Under the pieces are notes generated by a model. It did no database searches, had not been told where the DNA came from, and saw only the letters and a program-made list of their open reading frames with translations. A stretch of DNA of 32,000 bases. Source: an archaeon. Lineage in GTDB: Archaea > Iainarchaeota > Iainarchaeia > Iainarchaeales > JANQMZ01. Shown one piece after another: positions 1 to 8,062 of the stretch (the stretch's first letter is position 1; each line of letters begins with the position of its first letter). Made by a program: the position numbers and the translations under genes. The DNA is taken from the NCBI GenBank assembly GCA_028279805.1, contig JANQMZ010000007.1:210001-242000 (forward strand). Direction: 5' to 3'.

Positions 1-389
1 ATTGCTTTAAAGTTGCGTGCATAAAAAATTTCCAGAACAGTGTTCAGCAAAGCCAGAGCAAAAGCGTAAATGTTAATAAAAAAAGCCAACAATAAACCAA
101 AAGCAAATAATAAAATTGAAAAGTTTAGTGCCTGAGCTTTTGAAATTTTTCCTGAAGGAATCGGTCTTTGAGGTGCATTAATTTTATCAATTTCTGAGTC
201 AAAAAAATCATTCAAAACTATTCCTGCACCGGATATTACAAAAACAGAAATTAATGCCAAAATTAACGGAATTAAAAAAGAGCCAAAACCGATGAATCCT
301 AAGCTGACAAAAAAGCCAACCAGTACTCCAAGCATTGCCAAAAATCCGTCATTGGGCCTTAAAATTTTCCAATAATCTGTTAGTGCCAA
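1..389 (-). CDS. UbiA-family prenyltransferase, partial at window edge (possibly digeranylgeranylglyceryl phosphate synthase)
   Basis: Reverse-strand translation from a TTG start at 389: MALTDYWKILRPNDGFLAMLGVLVGFLV...GAGIVLNDFFDSEIDKINAPQRPIPSGKISKAQAL. NDxxDxxxD and RPIPSG motifs are typical of UbiA. A GGTG Shine-Dalgarno-like motif lies about 7 nt upstream. Absent from the ORF track because of the TTG start and truncation. Confidence 0.85.
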   Translation of the reverse strand, partial: MALTDYWKILRPNDGFLAMLGVLVGFFVSLGFIGFGSFLIPLILALISVFVISGAGIVLNDFFDSEIDKINAPQRPIPSGKISKAQALNFSILLFAFGLLLAFFINIYAFALALLNTVLEIFYARNFKA

Positions 390-428
390 ACAATTTCACC
401 TGTTTTTTAAAATAGTCAAACAAGTTAA

Positions 429-590
429 TTAAGTTTTTTTGACTTTGTGTTTTAATCTCAGTCTTTTGCTGCTGCATTTTCTGCATTTCAAGGGATGTTT
501 TCCCTCTGAACCCCTGTTTCTGGCGTTGCATTTCATGCAAATCCAGATATTGTTGAACAATCTTGCCTCAGCTTCCGCAAATTTTGCCAA
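429..590 (-). CDS. rpl40e: Ribosomal protein eL40 (L40e), 53 aa, TTG start
   Basis: Reverse-strand translation: [53 protein letters not shown]. Has the eL40 EAEARLF...ICxxCNARNR signature and a second CxxC. GGTG lies 6 nt before the TTG start. Confidence 0.9.
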   Translation of the reverse strand: MAKFAEAEARLFNNIWICMKCNARNRGSEGKHPLKCRKCSSKRLRLKHKVKKT

Positions 591-715
591 TTAAAACACC
601 TTTAAATCAGAATTAATAACTGTTATTAGGTTACATTTAAAAAGCATTTTATTGCCAAATTTCTGTTAGGCTACTTTTTAGCATTTTAACATTAAAATGC
701 GAACGAAGTGAGCCG

Positions 716-759
716 GTGCCATTGCAAATGGCACGCGGAGTAACCGTACGCAATCGGTT
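716..759 (+). other. Tandem hairpin module directly upstream of tRNA-Glu
   Basis: GTGCCATT-GCA-AATGGCAC (about 716-734), then GCGGAGT spacer, then AACCG-TACGCAAT-CGGTT (742-759). Same architecture precedes tRNA-Ala at 8173-8222. Confidence 0.6.
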
Positions 760-760
760 T

Positions 761-835
761 GCCCCTGTGGTGTAGTTCGGTCAAGCATCCTGGCCTTTCA
801 AGCCAGTGACTCGGGTTCAAATCCCGGCAGGGGCA
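761..835 (+). tRNA. tRNA-Glu (anticodon TTC)
   Basis: GCCCCTG...CAGGGGC acceptor; anticodon arm CTGGC-CTTTCAA-GCCAG; T arm GGGTTCAAATCCC; discriminator A; followed by a T-run. Confidence 0.95.
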
Positions 836-880
836 CTTTTTTTTGTTTCAAGCGCAGAAAAAAGCCAGTTAGTTAAATGC

Positions 881-1336
881 TTATTGAAAATCAAAAGGAA
901 GTTGTGTTATTCTTTTTAAATTTATTAAATGAATTTCTGTTTGTAAAATTTTCCGAACGTCTCTTCTTTTAACTGCCTGGCTTAATGTTAAATCTTCTTT
1001 GCCTTTTCCACTATGTGTTATAATTCCGCCTGCCCACATTGTTCCGTTTCGGTCCATTGTTACAGTTGTAACCAGAAAAAGGCGAGAATGATAAATACCG
1101 TCAACAGGTGTTTGATAAAATGCAATCACGCCCGGTTTTATTCCTATTCCGGAACGTGAATCAAATGTTGCATAACGAAGATCAACGGTTTCATGTTTTT
1201 TAAGTGCTTCAATTTTTCTTCTCAAATCTTGTTCAGAAATGATTTGCCTCCGCATTTTTCTTTTTGGATAACCCAGTTCTCCAAAAAAATGAGCTTCTTT
1301 AGGAGTTTGTTCAGGAATTCTTCTTTTTTCAAACAT
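881..1336 (-). CDS. Hypothetical protein, about 151 aa
   Basis: ORF of the track with a more likely start at MFEKRRIPEQ (1336). No family recognised. Confidence 0.6.
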   Translation of the reverse strand: MFEKRRIPEQTPKEAHFFGELGYPKRKMRRQIISEQDLRRKIEALKKHETVDLRYATFDSRSGIGIKPGVIAFYQTPVDGIYHSRLFLVTTVTMDRNGTMWAGGIITHSGKGKEDLTLSQAVKRRDVRKILQTEIHLINLKRITQLPFDFQ

Positions 1337-1337
1337 T

Positions 1338-1802
1338 TTATTCCGCCAAAACAGCACTTGGATTTAATTCTTTTATTGGAAAAAGCCTTGCTTCTCGTTC
1401 CTCTCTTAACCTGAACAGAATTAAATCGTCTCCTTTTTTATAATTTGGAATGTCTTCAGGCAATTCTGAACGATGAGTCATTTTAATTACTGCATCAGGT
1501 TTTCCCTTAAAAATTATTTCAACGTAACCCCAGCACATTCTTTGCTTTGAATCCCACCACCGGATAACATCTCCGACTTTTAAGGCTCCAATAACACTGT
1601 GCCCGTGTTTTAATCTTCGCTGTTCTTCAATTTTTAATAATTCTGATTTGGAAATTTGCTGAACTGAAGTTAAAGGTTTTGAATCAATTTCACCGTTTTT
1701 TATTTCCAAAGTCATTCTGATTTTTTTGTTTGAACCGGCAACAAATTGTCTTGGTTTTTTCTCCGTTTTTTTCGGACGATGAACAGGCCTTCTTGTTCTC
1801 AT
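1338..1802 (-). CDS. Hypothetical basic protein, about 154 aa
   Basis: ORF 1338..1871 with likely start at MRTRRPVHRPKK (ATG at 1802). Ends just before the downstream gene start, suggesting co-transcription. Confidence 0.6.
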   Translation of the reverse strand: MRTRRPVHRPKKTEKKPRQFVAGSNKKIRMTLEIKNGEIDSKPLTSVQQISKSELLKIEEQRRLKHGHSVIGALKVGDVIRWWDSKQRMCWGYVEIIFKGKPDAVIKMTHRSELPEDIPNYKKGDDLILFRLREEREARLFPIKELNPSAVLAE

Positions 1803-1885
1803 AATAATATGCAAGTGCCCGTTGTATAAAAGCTTTTTTGATTCAACAGAAAACAATTTAAAACAAATCATTCTATTGGTTAAAG

Positions 1886-2410
1886 ATGCAGTTAAAAAAA
1901 TTTTGGAAAGAGTTTTTGCTTGTATTTATTTTAACATTTGTTTTACAATTTTTGGCAGACTATTCTGATAACTTTGTTTCAGATGAAATTATCAGGGAAA
2001 ATTTGTTTTCACCGATTGTTTATCTGATTGCTTTTATTGTTTTAATGCTGCCATTGTTTGCAGCAATTATTGGAGGATATTTAATTTCAAAAAAATCTTT
2101 AAAAAAAACAGATTCAATGCTTGTTCCCGGAATTGCAGCCGCGCTTGCAGGAATTTTTTTGCTTTTAATTCCGTTAACACAGTTTTATTCTTTAAATGAT
2201 GCGGGATGGCAAGAAGAATTTTCAAAAGCAAAAACCGAAACTCAAAAACTTGGCTTAAACTTTTTTGAAGAAATGAATTTAGAGGATTTTAAAAATTTAA
2301 CAATTAATTCAACACTAATTGCTTTGCCTTTCATAGGCTTACTAAATCTGGCGTTCGGAATTGTAGGCGGACTTATCGGAAACTATTTGTATTCAAGAAA
2401 AAAAGGCTAA
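1886..2410 (+). CDS. Predicted multi-pass membrane protein, 174 aa
   Basis: Intact ORF with about 4 hydrophobic segments and a C-terminal YLYSRKKG tail. Confidence 0.75.
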   Translation: MQLKKFWKEFLLVFILTFVLQFLADYSDNFVSDEIIRENLFSPIVYLIAFIVLMLPLFAAIIGGYLISKKSLKKTDSMLVPGIAAALAGIFLLLIPLTQFYSLNDAGWQEEFSKAKTETQKLGLNFFEEMNLEDFKNLTINSTLIALPFIGLLNLAFGIVGGLIGNYLYSRKKG

Positions 2411-2414
2411 AAGT

Positions 2415-2443
2415 GCGTTAAAATTCGTTAATAAGCGTTAAAA
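2415..2443 (+). promoter_or_regulatory. Three helically phased CGTTAA repeats upstream of a TATA-like element
   Basis: CGTTAA at 2416, 2426 and 2436 (exact 10-bp spacing); TATA-like ATATTTAAAAA at 2461. Confidence 0.4.
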
Positions 2444-2517
2444 GCAATCGTAAAACAGGAATATTTAAAAAGGATAAAAAATAGAAGTAGTTGAAGTATA
2501 TTTTTAGGAGGGATATA

Positions 2518-2886
2518 ATGGACCAACAGATAGGCGGATATGCCTTTTTAGGCGGTGCAGGATTAGCAATTTTGCTGGGACTGTTAGCAGGATTTGCGCC
2601 AACAACAGTTGATGCAAGCTTACAAGCATGGTTAGGATTCCTATTGGTAATTCTAGGTTTAATTGTAGGTTGGATGAACATTGGCGACAAAGATATCCAC
2701 GGTTTCCTATTAGCAGCAGTTGCTTTGCTATTAGTAGGCTCAGCTAACCTGGCAAGATTTGACATGATTCTACCATCATTGGGAACAGCACTTGATGCTA
2801 TTGTTACAAACATTTCATGGTTTGTAGCTCCAGCAGCATTGATTGTGGCCCTAAAATCCATTAAAGACCTTGGAAAAGGTATGTGA
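2518..2886 (+). CDS. Small integral membrane protein, 122 aa
   Basis: Start MDQQIGGYAFLGG preceded by a strong SD (AGGAGGG) at 2507-2513. Four predicted hydrophobic helices. Confidence 0.8.
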   Translation: MDQQIGGYAFLGGAGLAILLGLLAGFAPTTVDASLQAWLGFLLVILGLIVGWMNIGDKDIHGFLLAAVALLLVGSANLARFDMILPSLGTALDAIVTNISWFVAPAALIVALKSIKDLGKGM

Positions 2887-2925
2887 AGCCCTCTAAAAGA
2901 GCTTCACTTTTTTTCTTTTTTTTCT
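2883..2925 (+). terminator. Bacterial-style hairpin plus T-tract terminator candidate
   Basis: GTGAAGC (2883-2889) pairs with GCTTCAC (2901-2907), with extra TCT/AGA pairing inside, followed by a long interrupted T-tract. Overlaps the stop codon. Confidence 0.6.
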
Positions 2926-3029
2926 ATTTTTTATTGTTTTTTGGCATTTAGCTGTAAAAACGGCAAATTTGAAATAATTTTATAACGTTAAACAATAGGT
3001 TTAAATATATCTTTTGAGGCTATAGTATT

Positions 3030-3422
3030 ATGAACAAGCATATTTTTGGTAAAACCCTGATGTTTTTACTTGTTTTAATTTTAACAATGAGCACAGTTTT
3101 TGCATACCATGGGGGCAATTATCACAGGGATTACACTGCTTATGGCAAGTTAGCCTATGGCCATGACTATGATTACAGGTATCATAGCAAAAGCCATACA
3201 AGCATTCGTTACCATAAGGATCCGTGCAATACAAGTTTTGGAATTGATTATCACAGGAAAGGCAATCATTATGGTTTTGATTATTCTAAAAGCAGATGCT
3301 ATGGCCATGGCATAAGATATCATTCAGCTTATTATTCGCCTGGAAGATATTATTATGGAGGCCATTATCCTTACAGCGGCGCTCATTATTATTATAAACC
3401 AAATTACTACTACTATAGTTAA
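3030..3422 (+). CDS. Exported Tyr/His-rich low-complexity protein, 130 aa
   Basis: Signal peptide MNKHIFGKTLMFLLVLILTMSTVFA, then about 105 residues with 28 Tyr and 12 His. TATA-like TTAAATATAT at 3001, about 26 nt from the ATG (probably leaderless). Confidence 0.75.
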   Translation: MNKHIFGKTLMFLLVLILTMSTVFAYHGGNYHRDYTAYGKLAYGHDYDYRYHSKSHTSIRYHKDPCNTSFGIDYHRKGNHYGFDYSKSRCYGHGIRYHSAYYSPGRYYYGGHYPYSGAHYYYKPNYYYYS

Positions 3423-3454
3423 AGCATTGCAGGAATTTTTTAAAGTGATTTAAA

Positions 3455-3616
3455 ATGCCTAAGCATAATCATGTCAGCAAAGCATTTTTAAAAATTTTAA
3501 AAAGCGTTGAAGAAGAATTAAGTTTTCTGGATGTAAAAAAAGACGCTGATGAATTCAGAACAAAGCTAAGAAAATCTTCAAGAGTGGCAAAACACAAAAA
3601 CTGGGATTTGGTTTAA
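3455..3616 (+). CDS. Hypothetical small protein, 53 aa
   Basis: ATG...TAA reading MPKHNHVSKAFLKILKSVEEELSFLDVKKDADEFRTKLRKSSRVAKHKNWDLV*. Fits the intergenic interval. No family recognised. Confidence 0.5.
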   Translation: MPKHNHVSKAFLKILKSVEEELSFLDVKKDADEFRTKLRKSSRVAKHKNWDLV

Positions 3617-3670
3617 GTTTTTAAAACCTTTCACTTGTTTTTTAATAATCAAAAATTTCAGGTTATTTTA

Positions 3671-3802
3671 ATGGGAACAAAAAGCAAGGACACAAGCCGG
3701 TTTAAAAAAACCAAGGCAAGACAAAGATGGAAATGGAAAAAGAAAAAAATGCGTGAAAAAAAACGCAAAAAAAGATACTTAAAAGCAAGAGCTAAAAGCT
3801 AA
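3671..3802 (+). CDS. Candidate ribosomal protein eL41-like, 43 aa
   Basis: MGTKSKDTSRFKKTKARQRWKWKKKKMREKKRKKRYLKARAKS*. C-terminal part resembles the eL41 pattern K-W-R-K-K-R-M-R-R-L-K-R-K-R-R-K-M-R-A-R-S-K. Confidence 0.6.
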   Translation: MGTKSKDTSRFKKTKARQRWKWKKKKMREKKRKKRYLKARAKS

Positions 3803-4722
3803 ATTTTTTGTTCAATTTTTTCAACAAGACCGGAAAACAAATTGTTTTCAATTAATGAAGCCAACTCGTTTTTGTGAATTTTTTTCAAAGCTTTTTCAAT
3901 TAAAGGAGGAATTTTTTCACTTGTTTTAATCAATTGTTTTTTGATTAGAGGCAATTGTTTTAATTCTTTTTCTGAAAAAGCTTTATCTGCATTTTTTTGT
4001 TTTTGAATTCTTTGTTTTAAAATTTGTTCAGCTTCTTTAACATAATTTTCAATGTAAAGATTTAATCTTTGCGCTGAAACTTTTTCATTTGAAAAAACAA
4101 TTGCAGCTAATTCGTTTGACAATTGCAATTCAATACTGCTTTTTGCATTAAAGCCACGCAGTTCTTTAAATGATTGAAATATATGGCGAACCTCATGTTC
4201 TAAAATTGAATTAAAATAATCTGATTCCAGTAAAAAGTTTTCAATAGTGTGAGAATTTTTTTGTTGCTGCATTGCTTTTTTTACTTCATTTAAGTCAAAA
4301 ATTCCAACTGAAACCAGTCCGGTTAATTCTTTTAATTCAAACAATTCAGGTTTTAAGAAAAGCAAAGCTTTTTGAGTTCCCTTAAAACCAAATTTTTCTT
4401 TTAATTTCTGAGAATTTGGGGAAGCAATCAGAAAGCCTATGCCATAATAAAACGCTTTTGCTGCAATTACATCACTTTTGTTCAGATTAATGCCAAAAAT
4501 TTTTTTAAAAAATTTTTTCGGATTCAAAACTTTTGAAGAATATTTTGAAACAATTTTTGATTTTTGTTCAAAATTTCTAACCATTTTATCAAGCTGTTCT
4601 TTTTCTTCGGGAACAACACAACATCTTTGGTTAACAACATGAAAAGCTTTTTTTGGATTTAAGCCTTGTTTGATTAATTCCTGAAAAACAGTTTCAGCTT
4701 TTTCCAGTGAAAGCATGTTCAA
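3799..4722 (-). CDS. Hypothetical protein, 307 aa
   Basis: Long intact ORF, convergent with and overlapping the stop of the eL41-like gene. No family recognised. Confidence 0.75.
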   Translation of the reverse strand: MNMLSLEKAETVFQELIKQGLNPKKAFHVVNQRCCVVPEEKEQLDKMVRNFEQKSKIVSKYSSKVLNPKKFFKKIFGINLNKSDVIAAKAFYYGIGFLIASPNSQKLKEKFGFKGTQKALLFLKPELFELKELTGLVSVGIFDLNEVKKAMQQQKNSHTIENFLLESDYFNSILEHEVRHIFQSFKELRGFNAKSSIELQLSNELAAIVFSNEKVSAQRLNLYIENYVKEAEQILKQRIQKQKNADKAFSEKELKQLPLIKKQLIKTSEKIPPLIEKALKKIHKNELASLIENNLFSGLVEKIEQKI

Positions 4723-4749
4723 TTAATGGTTTGAAAATATTTAAATCTT

Positions 4750-5652
4750 TTAGAAAAACAGATATAATGCTATAAATCCTGCTATGAACAAAAAATTGTG
4801 AAAGTATACGGCTCGATAAAGAAATCCGATGTCCGCCTGGTGCGGCCTTCGCAAAGCATTCCAGTAAATTGGCAAAAAAAACAATGAAACAAAAGCCAGC
4901 AAAGCAAACCTTGAAGGCAAAAAACCTATTACCTGTTCGTTTAATCTGAAAAGCTCGTTAAAGCTTAACAATGTAAAAGACAATGCGCCGATTATTAAGG
5001 AAAAGTATGACAAAATTCTTATTTTCCTCTCACCAAAAACCGCAGCAGAACTTTTATAACCTAATTTTTGTTCATGTTGTTTGCTTGACAACCTGTACAA
5101 GGCATATCCTCCGAATTGCACTCCCAAAACAAACAACACAGCTAACAATGGAGCTGAAAAATTTGGAACAAATAATGTCCAGCCGGCATAAAACCTGAAA
5201 AACGGATTAATCAAGGAACCTGAAATCAAATCAAAAGGAGCTTTTTTTTTCAGATTAAAAGGTTTTAAAGTGTAAAAAATCTGGTTAACAAGCATTGCAG
5301 TTAAACAAATTAAAAAATAAAAATTTAAAGAAAAAGCAATAAGAAAAGAAAAAAGTATTAAAAAAATTGCAAAAATTAAAGCATGCCGTGGCAAAACTTT
5401 TCCTGAAGGAATTGGCCGAAATTTTTTAACCTTGTGCTTCAAATCAGCTTCCCAGTCAGTATAATCATTCAAAGTATACAGGCCGGACCATAATGCTGCA
5501 ACAGCAATAAAACCATACAAAAACAAATTAAAATCAAGAGAAACAGGAATAACGTAAGAAGCAATGATTACAGCAATAATCATATTGCCAAAACTTTTAG
5601 TCCATTCAGCCGGACGCATTAAATGAATTAAACCGTTTAAAAAAGAAAGCAT
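4750..5652 (-). CDS. UbiA-family prenyltransferase, 300 aa
   Basis: MRPAEWTKSFGN, LNDYTDWEADLKHKVKKFRPIPSGK (first Asp-rich motif) and many TM helices. Somewhat like the decaprenyl-phosphate phosphoribosyltransferase subgroup. Confidence 0.85.
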   Translation of the reverse strand: MLSFLNGLIHLMRPAEWTKSFGNMIIAVIIASYVIPVSLDFNLFLYGFIAVAALWSGLYTLNDYTDWEADLKHKVKKFRPIPSGKVLPRHALIFAIFLILFSFLIAFSLNFYFLICLTAMLVNQIFYTLKPFNLKKKAPFDLISGSLINPFFRFYAGWTLFVPNFSAPLLAVLFVLGVQFGGYALYRLSSKQHEQKLGYKSSAAVFGERKIRILSYFSLIIGALSFTLLSFNELFRLNEQVIGFLPSRFALLAFVSLFFLPIYWNALRRPHQADIGFLYRAVYFHNFLFIAGFIALYLFF

Positions 5653-5780
5653 AAGAAATAAAAGTGAAATTAAGCTTTTTTTAATGTTTTGGATAAAAAA
5701 ACAAATCCAAAAAATGCCTCAATTTAATTCTTTTTAAATGAGAAACTTTTATAAAACTCAAAAAACAATGTTTTACTGAA

Positions 5781-6251
5781 ATGCCAAAAAAAATGCCACA
5801 TGAAACGCCTCGAGAAAAAGGCAACCAAAAACATTCGGGAAGACCCGGAGAGAGAAGTGCAAATGTTTCTGAGGAGTTAAAAAGAATAACCGGGGAATTG
5901 GAAAACACAGATCCTTATGCCAGAGAAAAAGCCAAAGCCGACCTTATACACTTAAGAGGCCCGGAAGTTGCACAGGAACTAATAAGAGCATTAAATCATC
6001 CTAATCCAGAGGTCAGAATTGAAATTGTCAGAAAACTTGGAGTTATGGAAGACCCGCAAACAGTAAACGCATTAGCAAGAATACTAGAAGAAGATTCTGA
6101 TGTCAGAGTCAGAGCTGCAGCTATCGGAACACTTGGAAACATCGGAGGCCCTGAAGCAGTATCAGCGCTGGAAAAAGCACAAAATGATTCCAACCGCCAA
6201 ATCAGGGAAGAAGCTGGCTGGACACTTGGACAAGCAAAAAGAAAACAATAA
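5781..6251 (+). CDS. HEAT-repeat protein, 156 aa
   Basis: Repeats such as GPEVAQELIRALNHPNPEVRIEIVRKLGVM, DPQTVNALARILEEDSDVRVRAAAIGTLGNIG and GPEAVSALEKAQNDSNRQIREEAGWTLGQ. Confidence 0.85.
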   Translation: MPKKMPHETPREKGNQKHSGRPGERSANVSEELKRITGELENTDPYAREKAKADLIHLRGPEVAQELIRALNHPNPEVRIEIVRKLGVMEDPQTVNALARILEEDSDVRVRAAAIGTLGNIGGPEAVSALEKAQNDSNRQIREEAGWTLGQAKRKQ

Positions 6252-6274
6252 AAAAAATAAAAAATTTCGAGAAA

Positions 6275-6286
6275 GCTTTATAAACC
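6275..6286 (+). promoter_or_regulatory. TATA box candidate for the rRNA operon
   Basis: GCTTTATAAACC about 290 nt upstream of the 16S, at the end of the HEAT gene. Confidence 0.5.
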
Positions 6287-6325
6287 TCGTTAAATACTAT
6301 TAGTAGGGGCTGAGGAAATAACTGA

Positions 6326-6372
6326 GAGACTTTTACCCTCTTTTCAATTGAAAAGAAAAAGGTGAAAATCTC
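6326..6372 (+). other. Long imperfect hairpin in the rRNA leader
   Basis: GAGACTTTTACCCTCTTTTC-AATT-GAAAAGAAAAAGGTGAAAATCTC. Confidence 0.5.
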
Positions 6373-6498
6373 ATCTATTTACCCATTTTTAGCCAAATTT
6401 TAGGTTTAAAGCTCCGCATCAAAAAAATAATTGAAAAATTTTTTCAGATGCATAAAATTAAATGAGCACTTTCGCTTTTGAAAGTGTGATGTATAACA

Positions 6499-6540
6499 CC
6501 TGTGAACATGGGAAATTCGTACAGCTAAGCTGAACAAATT
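6499..6540 (+). other. 5' strand of the pre-16S processing stem with bulge-helix-bulge motif
   Basis: CCTGTGAAC-A-TGGG-AAA-TTCGTACAGC-TAA-GCTGA pairs with 8062-8102 across the 16S. Confidence 0.85.
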
Positions 6541-6575
6541 AACCCATAAGTGCAAACAATTCTATTAGTACCCAA

Positions 6576-8062
6576 ATTCCAGCTGATCCTGCTGGCGAAC
6601 ACTGCTATTGAGATTCGATTAAGACATGCAAGTCTGAGAAACAAAGTTATGGTTGTTTCTGGCGAACGGCTCAGTAACACGTGGGTAATCTGCCCTTGGA
6701 AAGAATTAAACCCGGGAAACTGGGCATAATGTTCTATAGGCAAAATATTCTGGAATGATTTTTTGCTAAAAGGTTGTAACACCATGCTGTTACAATGTCC
6801 AAGGATGAGCCTGCGGTGGACTAGGTTGTTGGCGGGGTAACTGCCCACCAAGCCTTTGATCCATACGGGCCTTGAAAGAGGTGGCCCGGAGAAGGGAACT
6901 GAGATACGGTCCCTAGCCCCACGGGGTGCAGCAGTCGCGAAACCTTTACAATGCACGAAAGTGTGATAAGGGAATCTCAAGTGCTACTTTTTGTGGCTTT
7001 TGCCAACTTTAAAAAGGTTGGCGAATAAGTGGAGGGCAAGATACGTGCCAGCCGCCGCGGTAACACGTACTCCGCAAGTGGTGTTCACTAATATTGGGCC
7101 TAAAACGCCTGTAGCCTGTTCAAAAAGTTTTTGGTGAAATCGGCAAGCTCAACTTGTCGAAGTGCCAAAAATACTGTTGAACTCGAGACCGGGAGGTGTG
7201 AGAGGAATTTTCGGAGTAGCGGTGAAATGTTATGATCCCGAAAGGACCACCAGTAGCGAAGGCGTCTCACAAGAACGGTTCTGACGGTGAGAGACGAAAG
7301 CTGGGGGAGCGACCCGGATTAGATACCCGGTTAGTCCCAGCCGTAAACGATGTGGATTAGGTGTTCTGACACTGTAAAGTGCTGGAGCGCCACAGCGAAG
7401 GCGTTAAATCCACTGCCTGGGGAGTAAGGTCGCAAGGCCGAAACTTAATGGAATTGGCGGGGGCGCACTACAAGGGGTGGATGCTGCGGTTTAATTGGAT
7501 TCAACGCCAGACAACTCACCAGGGTTGACAGCACAATGATGGACAGTCTGAAGGGCTTTCCTGAGGCGCTGAGAGGTGTTGCATGGCCATCGTCAGCTCG
7601 TACTATGAAGCGTCCTGTTAACTCAGGCAACGAGCGAGACCCACGCCACTAGTTGCTATTCACCTATTAGGTGGAGCACTCTAGTGGGACTGCTTGCGTA
7701 AGTGAGAGGAAGGAGTGGGCCACGGTAGGTCTGTATGGCCCGAATGCCCTGGGCTACACGCGGCATACAATGGTTAAGACAATGAGTTTCGAGTCCGAAA
7801 GGACAAGGTAATCCCCTAAACTTAACCTCAGTCCGGATTGAGGGTTGCAACTCACCCTCATGAAGCTGGAATCCCCAGTAATCGCGTGTCATTATCGCGC
7901 GGTGAATAAGTCCCTGCGCCTTGCACACACTGCCCATCAAGCCAGCTGAATAGGGTTTGGATGAGCTGTTTTCATCTGAGGATATCAATTCCATGTCCTG
8001 TAAGGCGGGCTAAGTTGTAACAAGGTGTCCGTAGGGGAACCTGCGGACGGATCACCTCCTTA
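6576..8062 (+). rRNA. rrs: 16S ribosomal RNA
   Basis: 5' ATTCCAGCTGATCCTGCTGGC; GTGCCAGCCGCCGCGGTAA; ATTAGATACCCGGTTAGTCC; GGTTTAATTGGATTCAACGCC; 3' GGATCACCTCCTTA. Ends estimated by motif. Confidence 0.97.

Noticed and set aside
349-540. 63-aa ORF on the minus strand
   Set aside because: It is the wrong frame over the eL40 gene, whose correct frame gives both CxxC motifs.
3028-3234. Cys/His-rich 68-aa reverse ORF that looks like a metal-binding peptide
   Set aside because: It is the antisense shadow of the Tyr/His-rich exported protein gene, whose signal peptide and TATA element support the plus strand.
5681-5908. 75-aa reverse ORF overlapping the start of the HEAT-repeat gene
   Set aside because: It lies over the HEAT gene N-terminus and has no independent support.
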